A stretch of 63,514 nt of DNA, counting the filler, from Rhabdomonas costata (Eukaryota), in the NCBI GenBank assembly GCA_019059605.1. It is 38 parts of 38 records of this genome, joined end to end, with 100 filler letters (N's around TTAATTAATTAA, not from the genome) between each part and the next. Parts side by side here need not be neighbours in the genome. Positions count along the whole stretch, not along the records: positions 35,159 to 36,732 come from JAHMHO010012768.1; positions 36,833 to 38,406 come from JAHMHO010012769.1; positions 38,507 to 40,080 come from JAHMHO010012770.1; positions 40,181 to 41,754 come from JAHMHO010012771.1; positions 41,855 to 43,428 come from JAHMHO010012772.1; positions 43,529 to 45,102 come from JAHMHO010012773.1; positions 45,203 to 46,776 come from JAHMHO010012774.1; positions 46,877 to 48,452 come from JAHMHO010012775.1; 30 more parts are not named here. The stretch is one strand, 5' to 3'. The position numbers and the translations under genes were made by a program. Below are positions 36,633-50,094 of the stretch, piece after piece. A model generated the notes under the pieces. The model made no database searches and was not told the DNA's origin. It worked only from the letters and a program-made list of their open reading frames with translations. Positions within the stretch are counted from its first letter, which is position 1. Every line of letters begins with the position of its first letter.

Positions 36633-36916
36633 GCCTTTCCTTTGTCCGTGCTGAGTCGGCAGCCCGACGGGTTCTGGAAGTGGGTCCTGGCACAGACCCT
36701 GCCCCCACCCCCCACACCGATTCCCCACACACNNNNNNNNNNNNNNNNNNNNNNNNNNNNNNNNNNNNNNNNNNNNTTAATTAATTAANNNNNNNNNNNN
36801 NNNNNNNNNNNNNNNNNNNNNNNNNNNNNNNNGGTTGGGGGTGTCGGGGTTAGGGTTAGGGATAGGGTTATGTCCCGGACTGCCTCTGCTCCTGAAACAA
36901 ACACATTTCCTTTCAG

Positions 36917-37883
36917 GCCTCTACCATGGAGCTTCGCAGGTTTACAATGCGCAGCACCCGGAGCGCCTTCCTTCAGCTGATCCAACCCGCTGAGGACCTG
37001 CTGCAGTGTGAGTCCCGCCGCCTGAAAGGGAAGGGTGTGCTGGAGCTGCCCGGTCCCACGGTATCGCAGAACTACACTTACATTTTGGACACGCTTGGGC
37101 TGCACTTTTGGATGCTGGGCAGCAAGTACCTTACCATGAATACGTACTCGCTGCAGTCTTACCGCTCCATTGGGTGTGGCTCTTGCACTCGTGTCTGCAG
37201 TTTCACACTCCCAAATTGTATTGCACACCTAATAAGAGCAACAGGTTACCACCCAGTCCTCGTGTGAAGAAGAGCACGTTCCGGAACCTTTCTTTGGGTT
37301 TTTGTGATGAGCAATAAAGGACCAAAATCTATTGAAAGGAAAAGTACAGATGCAAGAAAACGGTGTCGTTCAACGCGTGGTGCTGTTGAGTGCTCACACT
37401 CAGAAACTCATAGCTGTATATGGGGTACTAGGTCACCGGTCACTGAGCAGCTGGACAACAGCGGACCCGCCTAAAATCCAGCAACCGCGACCTCTCTGAG
37501 ATGTCCCCTTAGTTTGTTCGTTCGAAGGCTCCACGGAATTCATGCTCCAGCGTACATGCAGTGAACAACGGGTCTGATTTGCACCCCCCACCGCACCCTC
37601 ATTCCACAGCTACCCGGTAGCCACCGCTGACAATCTAATGATGTGGACAACCTGGACCCGCCTTAACCTGGGCTACTTTCAGAACAATAGCAGCCCCACC
37701 ATCTACGTCGCGGAGAGCCTGCCCAACGAGTTCCTGAACGCCAGCGTCCTGCAGTACTACGTGGTGGACCAAAGTTCCGGGCAAAGGCTCTTCTCGATTT
37801 TCCAGCGGCCCACTCCTATGGACGCCTTTTTATCCGCCGTCGACGTGACCCGCCCGGAGTACTTCTCGTGGACGAACGAATTG
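36917..37883 (+). CDS. Probable extracellular sensor (Cache-like) region of a receptor protein (exons 36917-37173, 37610-37883)
   Basis: In-phase GT-AG join; several NxS/T sequons; YYVVDQSSGQR...FSWT; family call is inference. Confidence 0.4.
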
Positions 37884-38506
37884 GTGCGGTTGCAATCTAT
37901 ACGTTATTTTGGGGGGTTGGCGGGCGTTCATTATGAAGCTGCTATGCGGTCATAGGTTTTCAACCCTTTAACCCCCAGGGGGCGGGCTAGCAGAGGTGGC
38001 AAAGGAGAGTCCCCCCGGGAAGTAGGACACTTACCCCCTTTTGCTCAACCTTTTTTTTTGGGGGGGGGGGAGCGTGTGTTAAGAGGAGTATCGTCGATGT
38101 TTTGCAGTAGGTGCCTTCGAGTCTCTCGTGTGAACTCCTGTGAAGTTTGCAACGTTTGATGTGGGACAAGCATGGCTGCGTAGGACAGATGCAAAAAAGG
38201 CAATACTCAATACTTCACGAGTTACTAAATAAAACTCATTTCAGAAGCCTCTCTCTCTTGTCAAAAAAAACGCAGATAATTCTGAAACTTTTGATACTCC
38301 TTGTCCGAGACCTCTGTTGGCCCAGTCACAGTCCTGCCTAGAAATTCCTTCTTGCATCACAACCTTCCTTTTCTCGTCTGTGAAGACCCCAAGAGGCCCC
38401 AAAACANNNNNNNNNNNNNNNNNNNNNNNNNNNNNNNNNNNNNNNNNNNNTTAATTAATTAANNNNNNNNNNNNNNNNNNNNNNNNNNNNNNNNNNNNNN
38501 NNNNNN

Positions 38507-38684
38507 GGGTTGGTGGTGACTGCCCCGAGAGAACGGCTTCAGCAGGGGCCCCTCGTGGACGTACTCTCGAGAGCTGGATGCGGCAAGGGAGGAGGCAAGG
38601 TCGGAGGGCAGGCCCGCGATCCTCCGGGTGAGCTCCCTCAGTTTGCGGGCATTGGCGGAGGCCACCAGCTGAGTGGAGATCGAC
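38507..38684 (-). CDS. Exon resembling a RhoGEF DH-PH junction
   Basis: NARKLRELTRRIAGLP...SREYVHEGPLLK resembles the KLxEL..I.G...R.F..EG.L.K pattern. Confidence 0.4.
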
Positions 38685-40378
38685 CTAGCCCGTTGAAAAA
38701 TGAGCGTCAGTGAAGGGAAGGTCCAACACACCGCGCACAGTTCAGTAAATGGTCCCGCGACAAGCGTACAGCAGCAAACAAACCAAACCGAAGGAGCAAC
38801 GGGAGCATTCAGAAAACACAGTTAAGGAGAGTGGTGGTAAGAAGGGTCCTTGTTCAAGCTGAGGAGAAGGTCACAGCCAAAAAGAGAGGAGGCGAAGTAC
38901 ATTACGCAAACACAGAGAAATTGAAAGAACAGGCGACGAGGATCCCAATCTTTTTTCACAGGGTTGGGTACATCGGAAATTATTTTGCAGTTGCCACCGT
39001 CCTGCCCCACCCAATTGAGCACCAGAAGACTTTGCAGATGCAAGAAGGCAGGCATACTTGCAAGTGGACTGGTAGAACGTCAAGAAACTTTGCTTACCCC
39101 GTCTTCCCGAGTTACCCCGCATTCCATTTCGATGGCACAACGTCTAGGAGAGCAGGAGAAATCTGAACGATTTGGTGAGATTAACCACCAAGGATTGATG
39201 GATTGTGCCCTTAAGCTGCAAGTGCACCCGACCTACACCTCACATGGTAACAGCTAGAATAATCATTTGACAAAACTCAAGTTTGAAAAGCATCCTCTCA
39301 AAGGACACCACAACGGGCCGAGGGTGAAAGGACGGAAAATTCTGACTCCAAGGACCGGCCACACAGTGTTTCGGGAAGCCTATTGTATACACAAAAGACC
39401 CCAGTCATGCTTCGGCTTTGCCGTCTTCGCTTGTCCCTTTGTTTTAGTTAAATCCTCGTTTTTGGGGGTTTTGGAATCATAGTGCGTCGCAAGGATTCCA
39501 CGAGATTTGCTTTGTTGCCTGACGGGGAGATAAGATGACTTGTTTTGAAATTAATGATCAATGTGGCGTACGGGAAAAATTGGGGAACCCCCTCCCCTTA
39601 TTAGATGCATTTTGGGGATTCCCACAGTGCCCCAGCACCATCAATGTCAATCATTGCCCCAAATAGCCCAAAATAGCAAAATTTGCTAATGAAGCATCTG
39701 TGTCGTCAAGCTTGTCCCCGAAATTTATTTATTCCCCGTAAAGGTCAATGTTGAGATAGGTCTGCGGTATGTGCGCAGGTTTTGTCCCAACATAGACCAG
39801 GGGGAGACAGGACAAACATGCATATTTATTCGTCTTCGCAGGATCCTTTTTATTTTGAGCTTTGTCATTCGTCGAAAGCGAATTGAAAACCCTTCCTGAC
39901 ACCATGACACAGGAAAGGGTATTCACGGAACCCTTGAACTCATGGATTCAAGTGAAGAGGAAATGCAAATTTCTCGCTCTTGAAACTTACCTCCACTTGC
40001 GTTTGAAACTGAGCGTCCTGAGAGAGAAGGAGAGAATACAGGGCGAAGCAGGAAGAGAGAGGCGCAGTACCCCACCACACNNNNNNNNNNNNNNNNNNNN
40101 NNNNNNNNNNNNNNNNNNNNNNNNTTAATTAATTAANNNNNNNNNNNNNNNNNNNNNNNNNNNNNNNNNNNNNNNNNNNNGTTTTTGGTGGGTTTTAGTC
40201 TGTGGTGTGGAGCCCGTGTAATGTGTACATTGATTGCGGGGATGGTAGCGGAAGCTGAAACTGGATTTTCCCAGCGAAGATTTGGGCATAGTTTGCGCTT
40301 GGTTCATGGTGCCCCAGTGGATCGTTGGCTGGAAACATAGAGTGAGGTTGGGTGCTCTTCTTCCCTCCCTTGCAACAG

Positions 40379-41555
40379 GGACCAGATCCTCTCCGCTGTG
40401 CAGCAGAGCCAGGTCACCGTGGTGGTGGGACCTCCAGGTGTATTCTCTCTCAAGTCAAGTGATTGAGGGAGGATGTTGAGGAGGTTCTGTCAGGTTCTGT
40501 GCGAGCGGGCGAATGCCAACTCACAAGAAAAAGAATTCAAAGAGCGACAAGTTGCGACTGACCGTTGTCAGTGGAAAGTGGTGCCTGCTCTGTGGGGTGG
40601 AATGACAAGGGCGTTTTAGGAGGAAATTATTCTTTTCATTTAAGCAGTTACCTTCAGGTGTTGATGGCAGGGCAACTTGTATCAGGGTTCTTTGCCAACA
40701 AAGCGCTGTGTATGATGCCCCTTTTGGTTGTCATTGGCATCCTGTGATCGTTGCTTAGCAGTTTGTTGTGGTAAGGGAAGAGGAGCCCGCTCTTGCGGGT
40801 GCTGTTGTATGGGTCCTTTCTGTTTTACTCTCTCATTCCTGGTGTTGCAGGTGATTGGATGATGGGGTAGTGAATGCTGACTGTCCTTCTGTTCCAACAG
40901 GAGCTCGTATGTGTGTATAATGTGCCTCACAGGCTGTGGGAAGAGCACTCAGGTCCCACAGTACATGCTGGAGGTGTTCGGGCGGGACGGCGCTGGCACA
41001 GTTCTGTCGGTGCAGCCCCTGGACCTGCTGGCGATCTCCGTGGCGGAGTTTGTGGCTGGGCAGATGGGAGGAACCCCCCTAGGTGAGCGTGTACCGCGTT
41101 TTTCTTCTGTATGCACATTCGATTGAGGAAAACTCCGCTAATTTCTGCTCCATAAATAAATAAATATTGCAAATCTCACCCATACCTTTCTGCACCTACA
41201 AAATGGACCTCCCGTGGGTTTTAGCTGTCTGCGTTCGAATACAACTTGCATCACATTGCCACACCCGGGCATTTCGAGATCATGCGCCAAATGTCCTGCG
41301 TGCAACCCTCCGGTGTTAGCATAGTGGAAAGACCGGAAAACGATGGTTTTCTTCTTTGAGTTAGGGACGTTGCCCCTAATGTTTTGTAAGTTTAATGCCT
41401 GTGTGTGTGTTTGTGTGTGGCGTGTTTATGTGGGGATGTGTGCCTCCGTCAAAGGTGGTCCCAACGTGGGCTACTCCGTGGATTTCAAGAACGTCGTTAG
41501 TGTGGACACCCGGATGACCTTCACCACGGCCTCGTACCTGCTCCGGATGCTGCAG
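40379..41555 (+). CDS. DEAH-box RNA helicase fragment (exons 40379-40437, 40933-41082, 41455-41555)
   Basis: DQILSAVQQSQVTVVVGPPGCGKSTQVPQYML (motif I), QPLDLLAISVAEFVA (Ia), VGYSVDF, MTFTTASYLLRML (Ib). Confidence 0.85.
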
Positions 41556-41888
41556 GTCTTGCTGTCTCCCTTTTGCCTTCTCCAGAAGGAAGTATCTGCC
41601 GTCAATGACCTGGGACCTAGCACCTGAGCTGTCAGCTGTCGTCGTGCATATGCCACATCTCAAAAAATGTAATAAAAAAAAGAGTCCCATCATACACATG
41701 CCCATCATACCTTTCACGTAATTGTTGCATTGATAAACATGTGACCAACCCACCNNNNNNNNNNNNNNNNNNNNNNNNNNNNNNNNNNNNNNNNNNNNTT
41801 AATTAATTAANNNNNNNNNNNNNNNNNNNNNNNNNNNNNNNNNNNNNNNNNNNNGGGGGGTTGGTGGAGCTAAAACTTGTGGCTGTAC

Positions 41889-43352
41889 TCACACAAGAGT
41901 AATGCCGTCTAAAGGCCGGCTCCGAATCGCCATCAATCCAGAGAGGTCTGCATAATTACAGCCACTAGTGCACGCGGTGACATCCGCACTAAGGACGCGG
42001 AGTTGAAGCCTGAGATCAGCGCATTCATCCAGGCTGGCCTGCAGTATCTCGTGCATAATGGCGCACATATGCCGCTGTGCCAGCAGTGACTCAGACAAGC
42101 TACTTACCTGATACACAAGCCCCTCAAAGTGTGTGGAATCACCCAGCAGCGCAACAGGTTCCGCAGTGGTGGAACTCCGCCCATCCTCTACAAATGAAGT
42201 TAGAGGCATGTGCTTGGATTTCGAGCAACTGTTGCTGATTGGTTCGGTAACCAACATCGCTAGCTTGTCCAGAATCTCCAGCGGAACGTTGGAGGCCAGC
42301 AATTTGAAGTGACGACCAGTTGTAACCTTACCGGTTGCGCCAAAATTGCTACAAGGCACTGGCGTAGAGAAGTACAGTCCGCCCACTTGGGCATCCGAAT
42401 GCCCAGTTCATGGCAGCCAGAGTGCAGTGTGCACAGCAAGGCAATCAATGTTAATACTCATCACAGTAGTGGTGGTAAGTATGTTAGTGAGCACCAGACG
42501 AGAAAAATTGTTGTGAACGCTGCATAATGTCCACCTTTGGGCTGAGTATGGTGACCCCATACCGATCCGCAGCTTTTAACTAAAGTGACGCTACAACATT
42601 CCGTAAGGAATGTACCTGTGGTATATCAACATAATGAATCACAATCATGGCCACCATGTCCTGCCTAAAAGGAAGATGTTTTTCATTATAGCGCGTTTGA
42701 AGGATTGCAGTCTACGACGCATGGTAGTGTAACAGCGTTTGCGCCTCTGCGAAGGCAACAACCGAGTAGATACACAAAGAAGTCGCCCACAATGTAGTGA
42801 GTCTGCATGAGCAGAAAAAGAGGCCCAGTTGTAGGTTTCATCCACCGAGCTTTGGAGGACAGTGGAGTCCACCAACAAGCCATTAAAATCATAGTTGGTG
42901 ACGATCTCGTGGTAAACCCGACCATGCAAGCTGGTGAAGCACCACCAGGTGCGTGAAGCACCACAATGGGCAAATGCTGGAATTCCTGGCACCACATGAA
43001 CTTGGTGGCAATATCCCATAGGTACTACAAAACAGCAACGACACTAGAGACATCCTACCAGATCATGTCGTCTCCAACAACGCGGAGGCCCCAGGTCATC
43101 AACCAGCGCCGTGCTGCCAGCCGCAGTAAAGCGGCGGCGATGAAGTATCATCAGGGCGTCCGGGCCGAGTGCAAGGTTGAACTTGTATCCAGCAGCATCC
43201 ACCTCCGTCAGAAAGGCCGCCTTGCCTTCCACTTGAGCGCATGCACTCATGCAACAAGGTCCAGCAACAACATGGGCATCCAGGTTATTGGCGATGCCAC
43301 CAAAAGAAAACACTCCGTAGTGGCGGTGAAGAGAAAGAAACCGGAGTACCAC
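41889..43352 (-). pseudogene. Decayed intronless ORF of an unidentified multicopy family (copy 1)
   Basis: Broken frames; LRFLSLHRHYGV..GKAAFLTEVDAAGYKFNLALGPDAL..DIATKF homologous to 51236-51795. Confidence 0.65.
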
Positions 43353-43673
43353 GCTTTTGAGCTTGGAGATTATTTAACTCTGGGATATTGACTGGAAGTA
43401 CCAAAACTACCACATTATTTTCAAACACNNNNNNNNNNNNNNNNNNNNNNNNNNNNNNNNNNNNNNNNNNNNTTAATTAATTAANNNNNNNNNNNNNNNN
43501 NNNNNNNNNNNNNNNNNNNNNNNNNNNNTGTTTGGCGGCGAGATTTGGAGCTTTGATAGTTGTGTGACTGTGTGTTAAGGGGAGTGTGAAGCTTTGTTTT
43601 GGGGTGTTTGTTGGATGTTTTCTGCGAGCATGTGATTGTTTGATGGTGAGAGTGGTGGGGGGTCATCTTGCAG

Positions 43674-44971
43674 GGGAGGCCTTATACCGCGTCTCCCCTG
43701 TGGTGACGGCACTGCGGTCGGTGAGCATGGTGGCCATCCTGCTTGCGCTGCAGTCCCTCTGCGACAGCGGTGTGCGGCAACAAAAGGGTGCTCGAGGGGG
43801 AGGGAGAAAGCAAGAAAATGTCAGCCTCGGTTGCATGTGATCGCCCTTTTCCTGCCCCCCTGCCTAGGTTTCCTTGTGTGGCGGTTTTTTTTACAGATTC
43901 TGCCAAGACGCTGTGCATGGAGTGCATTCTGTTCTACACGCAGCAGCAGCCTCAAATTCTGATCGGTGTGCTTTCTGCTTTTTCTTCATTTGCCATATTC
44001 CCACCCGCCTTGTGCGTTGCCATGGCACTGAAACTGAGTCCGAGATTTATTTGCAGCGGTGTTAAAGACTGCATCGCCATTTTTTTTGGCGGCTGAGAGG
44101 ATCGATGTTATCATTTTATTGCAATTATCGAATGAGTTTGTTCGCAGGAGATATCTTAGTTTTTCGGGTCCGGGATATTTTTGGGTCTCAAAGAAGTTTA
44201 TCGAATTTTGAAGGTAGTAAAGGATCGTTGAAATATCGTGAACATATTTATTATGCTGGGTATGTTGTTCGCTTCGTTGGGTTGTTCTTAGTTTTTCTAG
44301 CATGAGTAACTGAACTTGTTTACACCATTCACGACTCCCTATGCTGCCTTGTTGCATTGGGTTTGACCCCTTCGGTTGTTTTCCTCCTGACATTCTCTGA
44401 CATTTCCCTTTGCTGTTGCGAAACGCACAGGGTACCAGTTCCCATCCTTCCTGTGGTGCGTGCAGTGGTTGAGCGACGTTCTGGACGACGTGCGGACGGC
44501 TGCTCGAATGGTAATGGGTGCCGCGGTACGCCATACCCCCCTTCCCCCTTCCCCCTCCTCTCGGACTGGAGTGCTTCAAATGTAGTTTTGCGAATCCGGT
44601 TGGAACGAGCGTGAGCTTGTGGTTTTCTTTCCTTCACCGCATATCACCGAAGATATCCAGAAGAACCGTCGATGATGGTTGGACTATAATCACGCCTCTC
44701 CGGCTGTGGTGTGCTGCAGGGCGCCATGTCGATAACGTTGGCTGTGCATCCTGTCCGCTTCACCGTCAGTCCTTTTATGGTTTTGGTTTGCTGTGTTTGT
44801 GTGGGGAGGGAGCAGCGCAGCGTGCGTGTCTCAGCATGCAGTGCAGCTGCACTTCATGGTTCTCCAGGACAGATGCACACGCACACATGTATCCAGGTGA
44901 GTGTGATGTCTGTGGCGGAGTTTGATACGCTTCACCAGCGACTGCTTGAGGAGACCCGAAAGAATCTACAG
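43674..44971 (+). CDS. Five-exon helical fragment, possibly a WDR7/WDR72-like C-terminal region
   Basis: In-phase GT-AG splicing gives ...ILIGYQFPSFLWCVQWLSDVLDDVRTAARM..., reminiscent of the WDR7 P.L....W.D...VR.AA motif. Confidence 0.45.
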
Positions 44972-45385
44972 GTGTGTTTGTGGGGGGGGGGCAAACCTGA
45001 CGTGGGCCAAGGGGCTGTTACAAGCCCTAGGAGAAAAGTCGTGGCGACGCTGCGGGAACAGATGTGGGGGTTCCCAAATTCCTATAGCAAAGCGGACCAT
45101 CCNNNNNNNNNNNNNNNNNNNNNNNNNNNNNNNNNNNNNNNNNNNNTTAATTAATTAANNNNNNNNNNNNNNNNNNNNNNNNNNNNNNNNNNNNNNNNNN
45201 NNGGTTTGGGTTCAAGATGCGGTAGCGGAGCGTGAACCTCTTTTGCTGTTGGATGTCGATAGTCACTCTCTCCTGCTGCACAATGTTCTGAGCAGCTCAC
45301 AGCAAATCGCATGAGTCCCAGAAATGGCCGTTGATGTCGTTCTAATTGGGCACACTGGCGGGTTGGGTGGGTAAGGCTCTCTCAG

Positions 45386-46329
45386 CGGGAGACTCACGCG
45401 GTGATTCCTCTCGCGCAGTACAACGTCGCAGTGCGGAGGCTTATAGGCTCTATGCCAGCACTGGGGCCGCGGCCCGTTGTCTTCGTGGCCTGTGATAATC
45501 CCACGCTGGTCCCCAAGCTGAACCAAACCTTCGGTGGTACACCGCTGGAGTTACGCTTCATCCCTAGCCAGGTTTCACCCTTGCTATTGAAGAGCCTTGC
45601 TGAATTCATGCTTGCCACAGGGTGCCCCAGTTTAAAAAATACATGTTTTAATGTCTCTTTCTTTTATTTGCGAATACCTCCCAACAACTTTGCGCACCCG
45701 TTTCTCTCAGGCACACAGGCATGCCCTGTTACCCTGTCGGAGGTCGCAATCAGCAGAACCCACCTCTTTTTCCGAACAAGGTTAGAGTTTTTTACAATGA
45801 GATTGAAGATGTTCGATTACATTGGGAGAGCGGGAGCATGAGATTTCGACAAGAGGGCGTTGCAGGGGGTCAGATGGCGATGCACGTATTCCGAAGGTAA
45901 CGCAGTTGTTTTTCCGGCCTCTATCCTTCATTGCCTTCCAAGGAGTATGCCGTTCATCAACTTCGGCACGGCCAGTCCGTGGACAACTTCTTGCCCCACC
46001 ACTACAGTCACTTCTCCACTGCCACGGCACGGCACAGCTCTCGAACATCTTCCTTCAACACCGCCCCCGGGCGACGCTCTGGGGTGCTTATCGATGAGGG
46101 TCGGGTGATGCTGGCAACAGTCTTGCTTCTGGCTGGAGCCAGCGGCTTCGTGGGTAGCTTGAGCTCTAACGTGGGCCGGTTGGTGTACGAGCTGATGTGG
46201 ACGGAGAATTGCGAGCATCTCGTCCGGTCCAGTGGTTGTGCGGGTCCACCGGTGATCAGTGTGGAAGGGCACCGCTACATCTCTCCGACAAAGTCAGTGC
46301 CCTCTAATGTGGACCCACGTGAGCGGTAG
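45386..46329 (+). CDS. GT23 alpha-1,6-fucosyltransferase-like (FUT8/NodZ fold) C-terminal fragment (exons 45386-45571, 45943-46329)
   Basis: IPLAQY...VFVACDNP (motif II) and LLAGASGFVGSLSSNVGRLVYELM (motif III). Confidence 0.8.
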
Positions 46330-46881
46330 TTCATTCCAGTAGGAATGAACACCTCTGAAAAAGGAAGGTTTCCTTCAACCGCCAGATGCGGCACCGCAAA
46401 GACGAAGTCCTTCCCTTCAATCTTTCAATCGCGTCAAGGGACTCCTGATCCCCTTGTCATGTGGAATGTCTTCAAGCCGCACCAACAACCCTCATGACTC
46501 TCCTTAGATGGCTTCCAATCCGAGAAAGTTTTGGAACCAGCGTCTGTTCCACCGCCTGGGCTGTCGCCAGCCTGATCTGCACAGGCTCGTTTTGTGCACT
46601 TGGATGAATAGCACGCATCTTTTTTCTGGGCACGCTCATGTTTGCGGTACACTGTGGCGTCTTCGCCTGTAACTCCTCACTTCAAGCAATTTCTATGATG
46701 GGCTGATGTTCTGCTCACTTCCTTTCAGTAGTACCAGCTTGAAGTGAGGAGTTACAGGCGAAGACGCCACAGTGTANNNNNNNNNNNNNNNNNNNNNNNN
46801 NNNNNNNNNNNNNNNNNNNNTTAATTAATTAANNNNNNNNNNNNNNNNNNNNNNNNNNNNNNNNNNNNNNNNNNNNGTTGG

Positions 46882-48406
46882 GTGGTTGTGACGGATTATG
46901 ACGAGATCAACAAGCTGCACGGCTTCCATTGGGTGCGCTTGTGTGTGTGCCTTTGTCACACGGTTTACGAAGTACGAGGTACGAAGGAACATATGCTGTC
47001 CGGTGGAATTTTTTTTTTTACAAAAAAGGAAAGGCTGTCCATGTGTTGCAAGATTAATGGCCTTTCTTCAGACTTGTTAGCGTGTTCCCATGCTTTTTGT
47101 CGTGGTTTCCCTGATGCTTCCACGCATATGTGTTTGGTGCTAGGCCGTGGCGGATGAGTTTGAGGCCACCCGTGTGGCCCTGCAGCAGACCAGCATTGAC
47201 ATGTCTATGATTGCGGATGACGTCTTCTTCACCCCTCGCGTGATGCAGCTGGTGAAGTCCAAGGAGCTCTCGGAGTCCCGAATCACGGAATCCGTCAGGT
47301 AATGTCTACCGCCTTTGAGATTCACGGATGATCTTGGCCTCTTTGCCCATCCCTTGATGGGGTGGTGTCAGTCAGAGCCCCTTCCTTACACTCACTCCTC
47401 TGAGTTTGTCGCCACCTGCTGTTAGATAATCCGAAGCTGCTGGGGCTGTCAGGCTGTCAGGCTGTTGTTTGGGAGTCCCGCTGTTGGACCCTCTCTGGCT
47501 TTTGTTTCTGCTTTAGCCTCGGCTTGTGATCATGAGTATGCTCAGGCTGCCTTTTGCCGGCTCCAGTTTCACCTTTCAGTGATTTGGCGTTTTTACACAA
47601 AAATTTTGCGGGCTGGGGAACTGCCCAGGCGAATCTTGCAGCTTAAGGCTGCTCTGGGGATGCTGACCGACACAGAGCCTGTGCCCAAGCTCCCGGCCGA
47701 CCGCTGCGTATTTGCCTGTCCGGAGCACCGCCGAGCCGCACTTGGTCCACTCCCTCCCCCCACCCGCCCGTATTTCCTGAAAAAGAAGCTGTGCGCCTAT
47801 AAAAACTGCCAAACAATTGGAAGAATCACCTATGGCCACTGCCCAGAGACCAAAACCAAAAAAGCAAATGTGCACTTATGCGAATGGGAAAGGAGAGAGA
47901 TGCAACTTCCCCGGTTTGTCCTTCTGTCTCATTGGTGTAGTGTTCTGTGAGTGCAACCCGATCGCTTGTGGTTTTATTAGGGCAACTGTTGCATCTGTCA
48001 GAAGTATTTAGTAAGAGTCAGAAACTGATGCTTTAATAATGCCGCACCACAGATGAATCCACTCCACTGTGTTCAAGATGCTATCCAGAGGGCGTTTTCT
48101 GCTTCCCGCCACCCTCCTTCACATCCCCAGACATTGCCAGGGAGTCCATGACCTTGCTGCAGAACATCAACGGGACGCTTCCGGTCTCCCCGGAGGAGGT
48201 CAACCGTATCCTGGTCACTGGGCCCTGCGGGGACTCCCTGCGGTTCCTGAGTGGGGGGTGGACCATGCACTGGCAGGGGGCCTACTCCGACAGCCAGTTC
48301 TTGTATGGCCAGACCATCTTTGGGGGCCTGCAGGCGGCCTACCCCAAGGCCGAGGTGACCTTCGCGCAGGGCTGCGAGCACAACGTGGAGACCTGCAGCG
48401 AGAGCT
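46882..48406 (+). CDS. Glycoside hydrolase family 3 beta-glucosidase fragment (exons -46932, 47144-47298, 47629-47744, 48131-48406)
   Basis: VVTDY (nucleophile Asp), SIDMSM, RITESVRRILQLK, ARESMTLLQN..TLP, ILVTGP, SGGWTMHWQG. Confidence 0.92.
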
Positions 48407-48856
48407 GTAAGCCTCCCTCTCTGGCTCCATCTCTCTTCTCCCTGTCCCAACCNNNNNNNNNNNNNNNNNNNNNNNNNNNNNNNNNNNNNNNNNNNNTTAA
48501 TTAATTAANNNNNNNNNNNNNNNNNNNNNNNNNNNNNNNNNNNNNNNNNNNNTTGGGTGTGCAGCTCTGCAGATGCAAACTTTCGGCCAGGGCTGCCTGG
48601 CATTTGTTTTGGTTTGATTTGCATTTGTCGCATATGCCTTCGCGGTTTTGTCTGTGTGATTTGTGTGAGCGTCGTTTACCCTTTTCGGTCTTGGAAGGTG
48701 TGGACGCTAATTTGCTTTCCCGGTGGGATTGAGAAGTGAGAGGGGGGAGTCCGACGTTTGCGATTTCTGGTACTGGTGGTAAGCTCACCTCAAGAATCAC
48801 TTGTGTGGGGATCCAACCCGAGTTCTGTGGATATGGTAGCCCTGCAGCCCCATTGA

Positions 48857-48885
48857 ATTGCATTGCATTGCATTGCATTGCACGT

Positions 48886-48936
<51 letters not shown>
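48857..48936 (+). repeat. Compound microsatellite (ATTGC)5-(CA)25
   Basis: Directly visible. Confidence 0.9.
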
Positions 48937-48938
<2 letters not shown>

Positions 48939-48966
48939 ACAGAAAGATGATGACGGTCGTGTTCAG

Positions 48967-50094
48967 GGTTCTCGATGCCGAGGAGGATCTTCACCGGCAA
49001 GCCTTGGTGAACCTCTGGAAGAGGGTAACCGCCAACCGCTTCTGCATTGCAAGCCCGGCACTGGTCTCTGAGCGTTTCTCCTTTTGACCAAGGGACCGGT
49101 GGTGTTTGATTGTTCTGTTTTGCTTTGGATCCTCGCCACTACGTACTACGTCGTACTTGACCAGGATCGCTCCCACGATGAACACACTGAGAAAAAAAGA
49201 TTAGGACAGGCTTTTTTCACTTGCCTTTTTTTTGGTGGTACTTGACTGTTGAACTGTTGACCGTGGTTAACCGTGGGCATCTGGGAATACTTGAGGTCTC
49301 ACCAACCCGACCTAGAACCGTTTTTCGGCTCGCAGCTGTCCTTCGAGCCCGACGAGAATTTCTTCCCGTATTCACGATTTGGCTGCGTGTTTTCCTCTTC
49401 TCTTCTTGCAAACGACGTCTTGGGGTTTTTATGGAGCGCTTGTTCACTTGCTTTTGCTGAGATCATTATGGTGTGAAATGGACTTGGGGGACAGGTTCGG
49501 TGCTTGGTGGAGGAGGAGTCCCACCGCTTTGAGACTCAACTGGAGCAGGACAAAACTCGCGAGCAGCTTTATGGCTTCCACTGGGTCTGCGACACATCCC
49601 CACCTGCACACCCTTCTCACTCAACAGCACAAAAAATGCTTAAGAAATCTGTAAAATGCATCGTGAAAAGAATCCAGGGCCGGGGTACTTAAGTGGCATT
49701 ACCCACGGTGCAGAGAATGTGAAAGTTTGAGTCATGAAACAATTTCAATAGCAACGTTCACAGAATTGGCCGGTTATTTGTGGCACACAACACACGCATA
49801 CACCTACACACATTGAAGAAATTTTGGTGGGGTGAGAAACATGTGCGGTGGTGTGTTAAGAACTCCCCCCCCCCCCAAGTCGCTTTGTAAAACAATAAAA
49901 CCACAGGAGAGCTGCCGCGGCGTCCAAGCCGAGCTCGAGGGGAAGGCCCGTGGGGCCCTGGAGACCCGGTGGGCGACCCAGCTGCAGGACCTTGTGGTGG
50001 GAGTGCAGCAGCAGGGTAGGCTACTCCGCAAGGCTGTCCAGGCGGGCCTGGACCTGGCCTTCCAGGAGAGGGAGGAAAGAGACGCCCTGCAGAG
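48967..50094 (+). CDS. Helical E/R/L-rich repeat protein fragment (3 exons)
   Basis: VLDAEEDLHRQAL, LVEEESHRFETQLEQ, LAFQEREERDALQ; GT-AG bounded exons. Confidence 0.5.
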
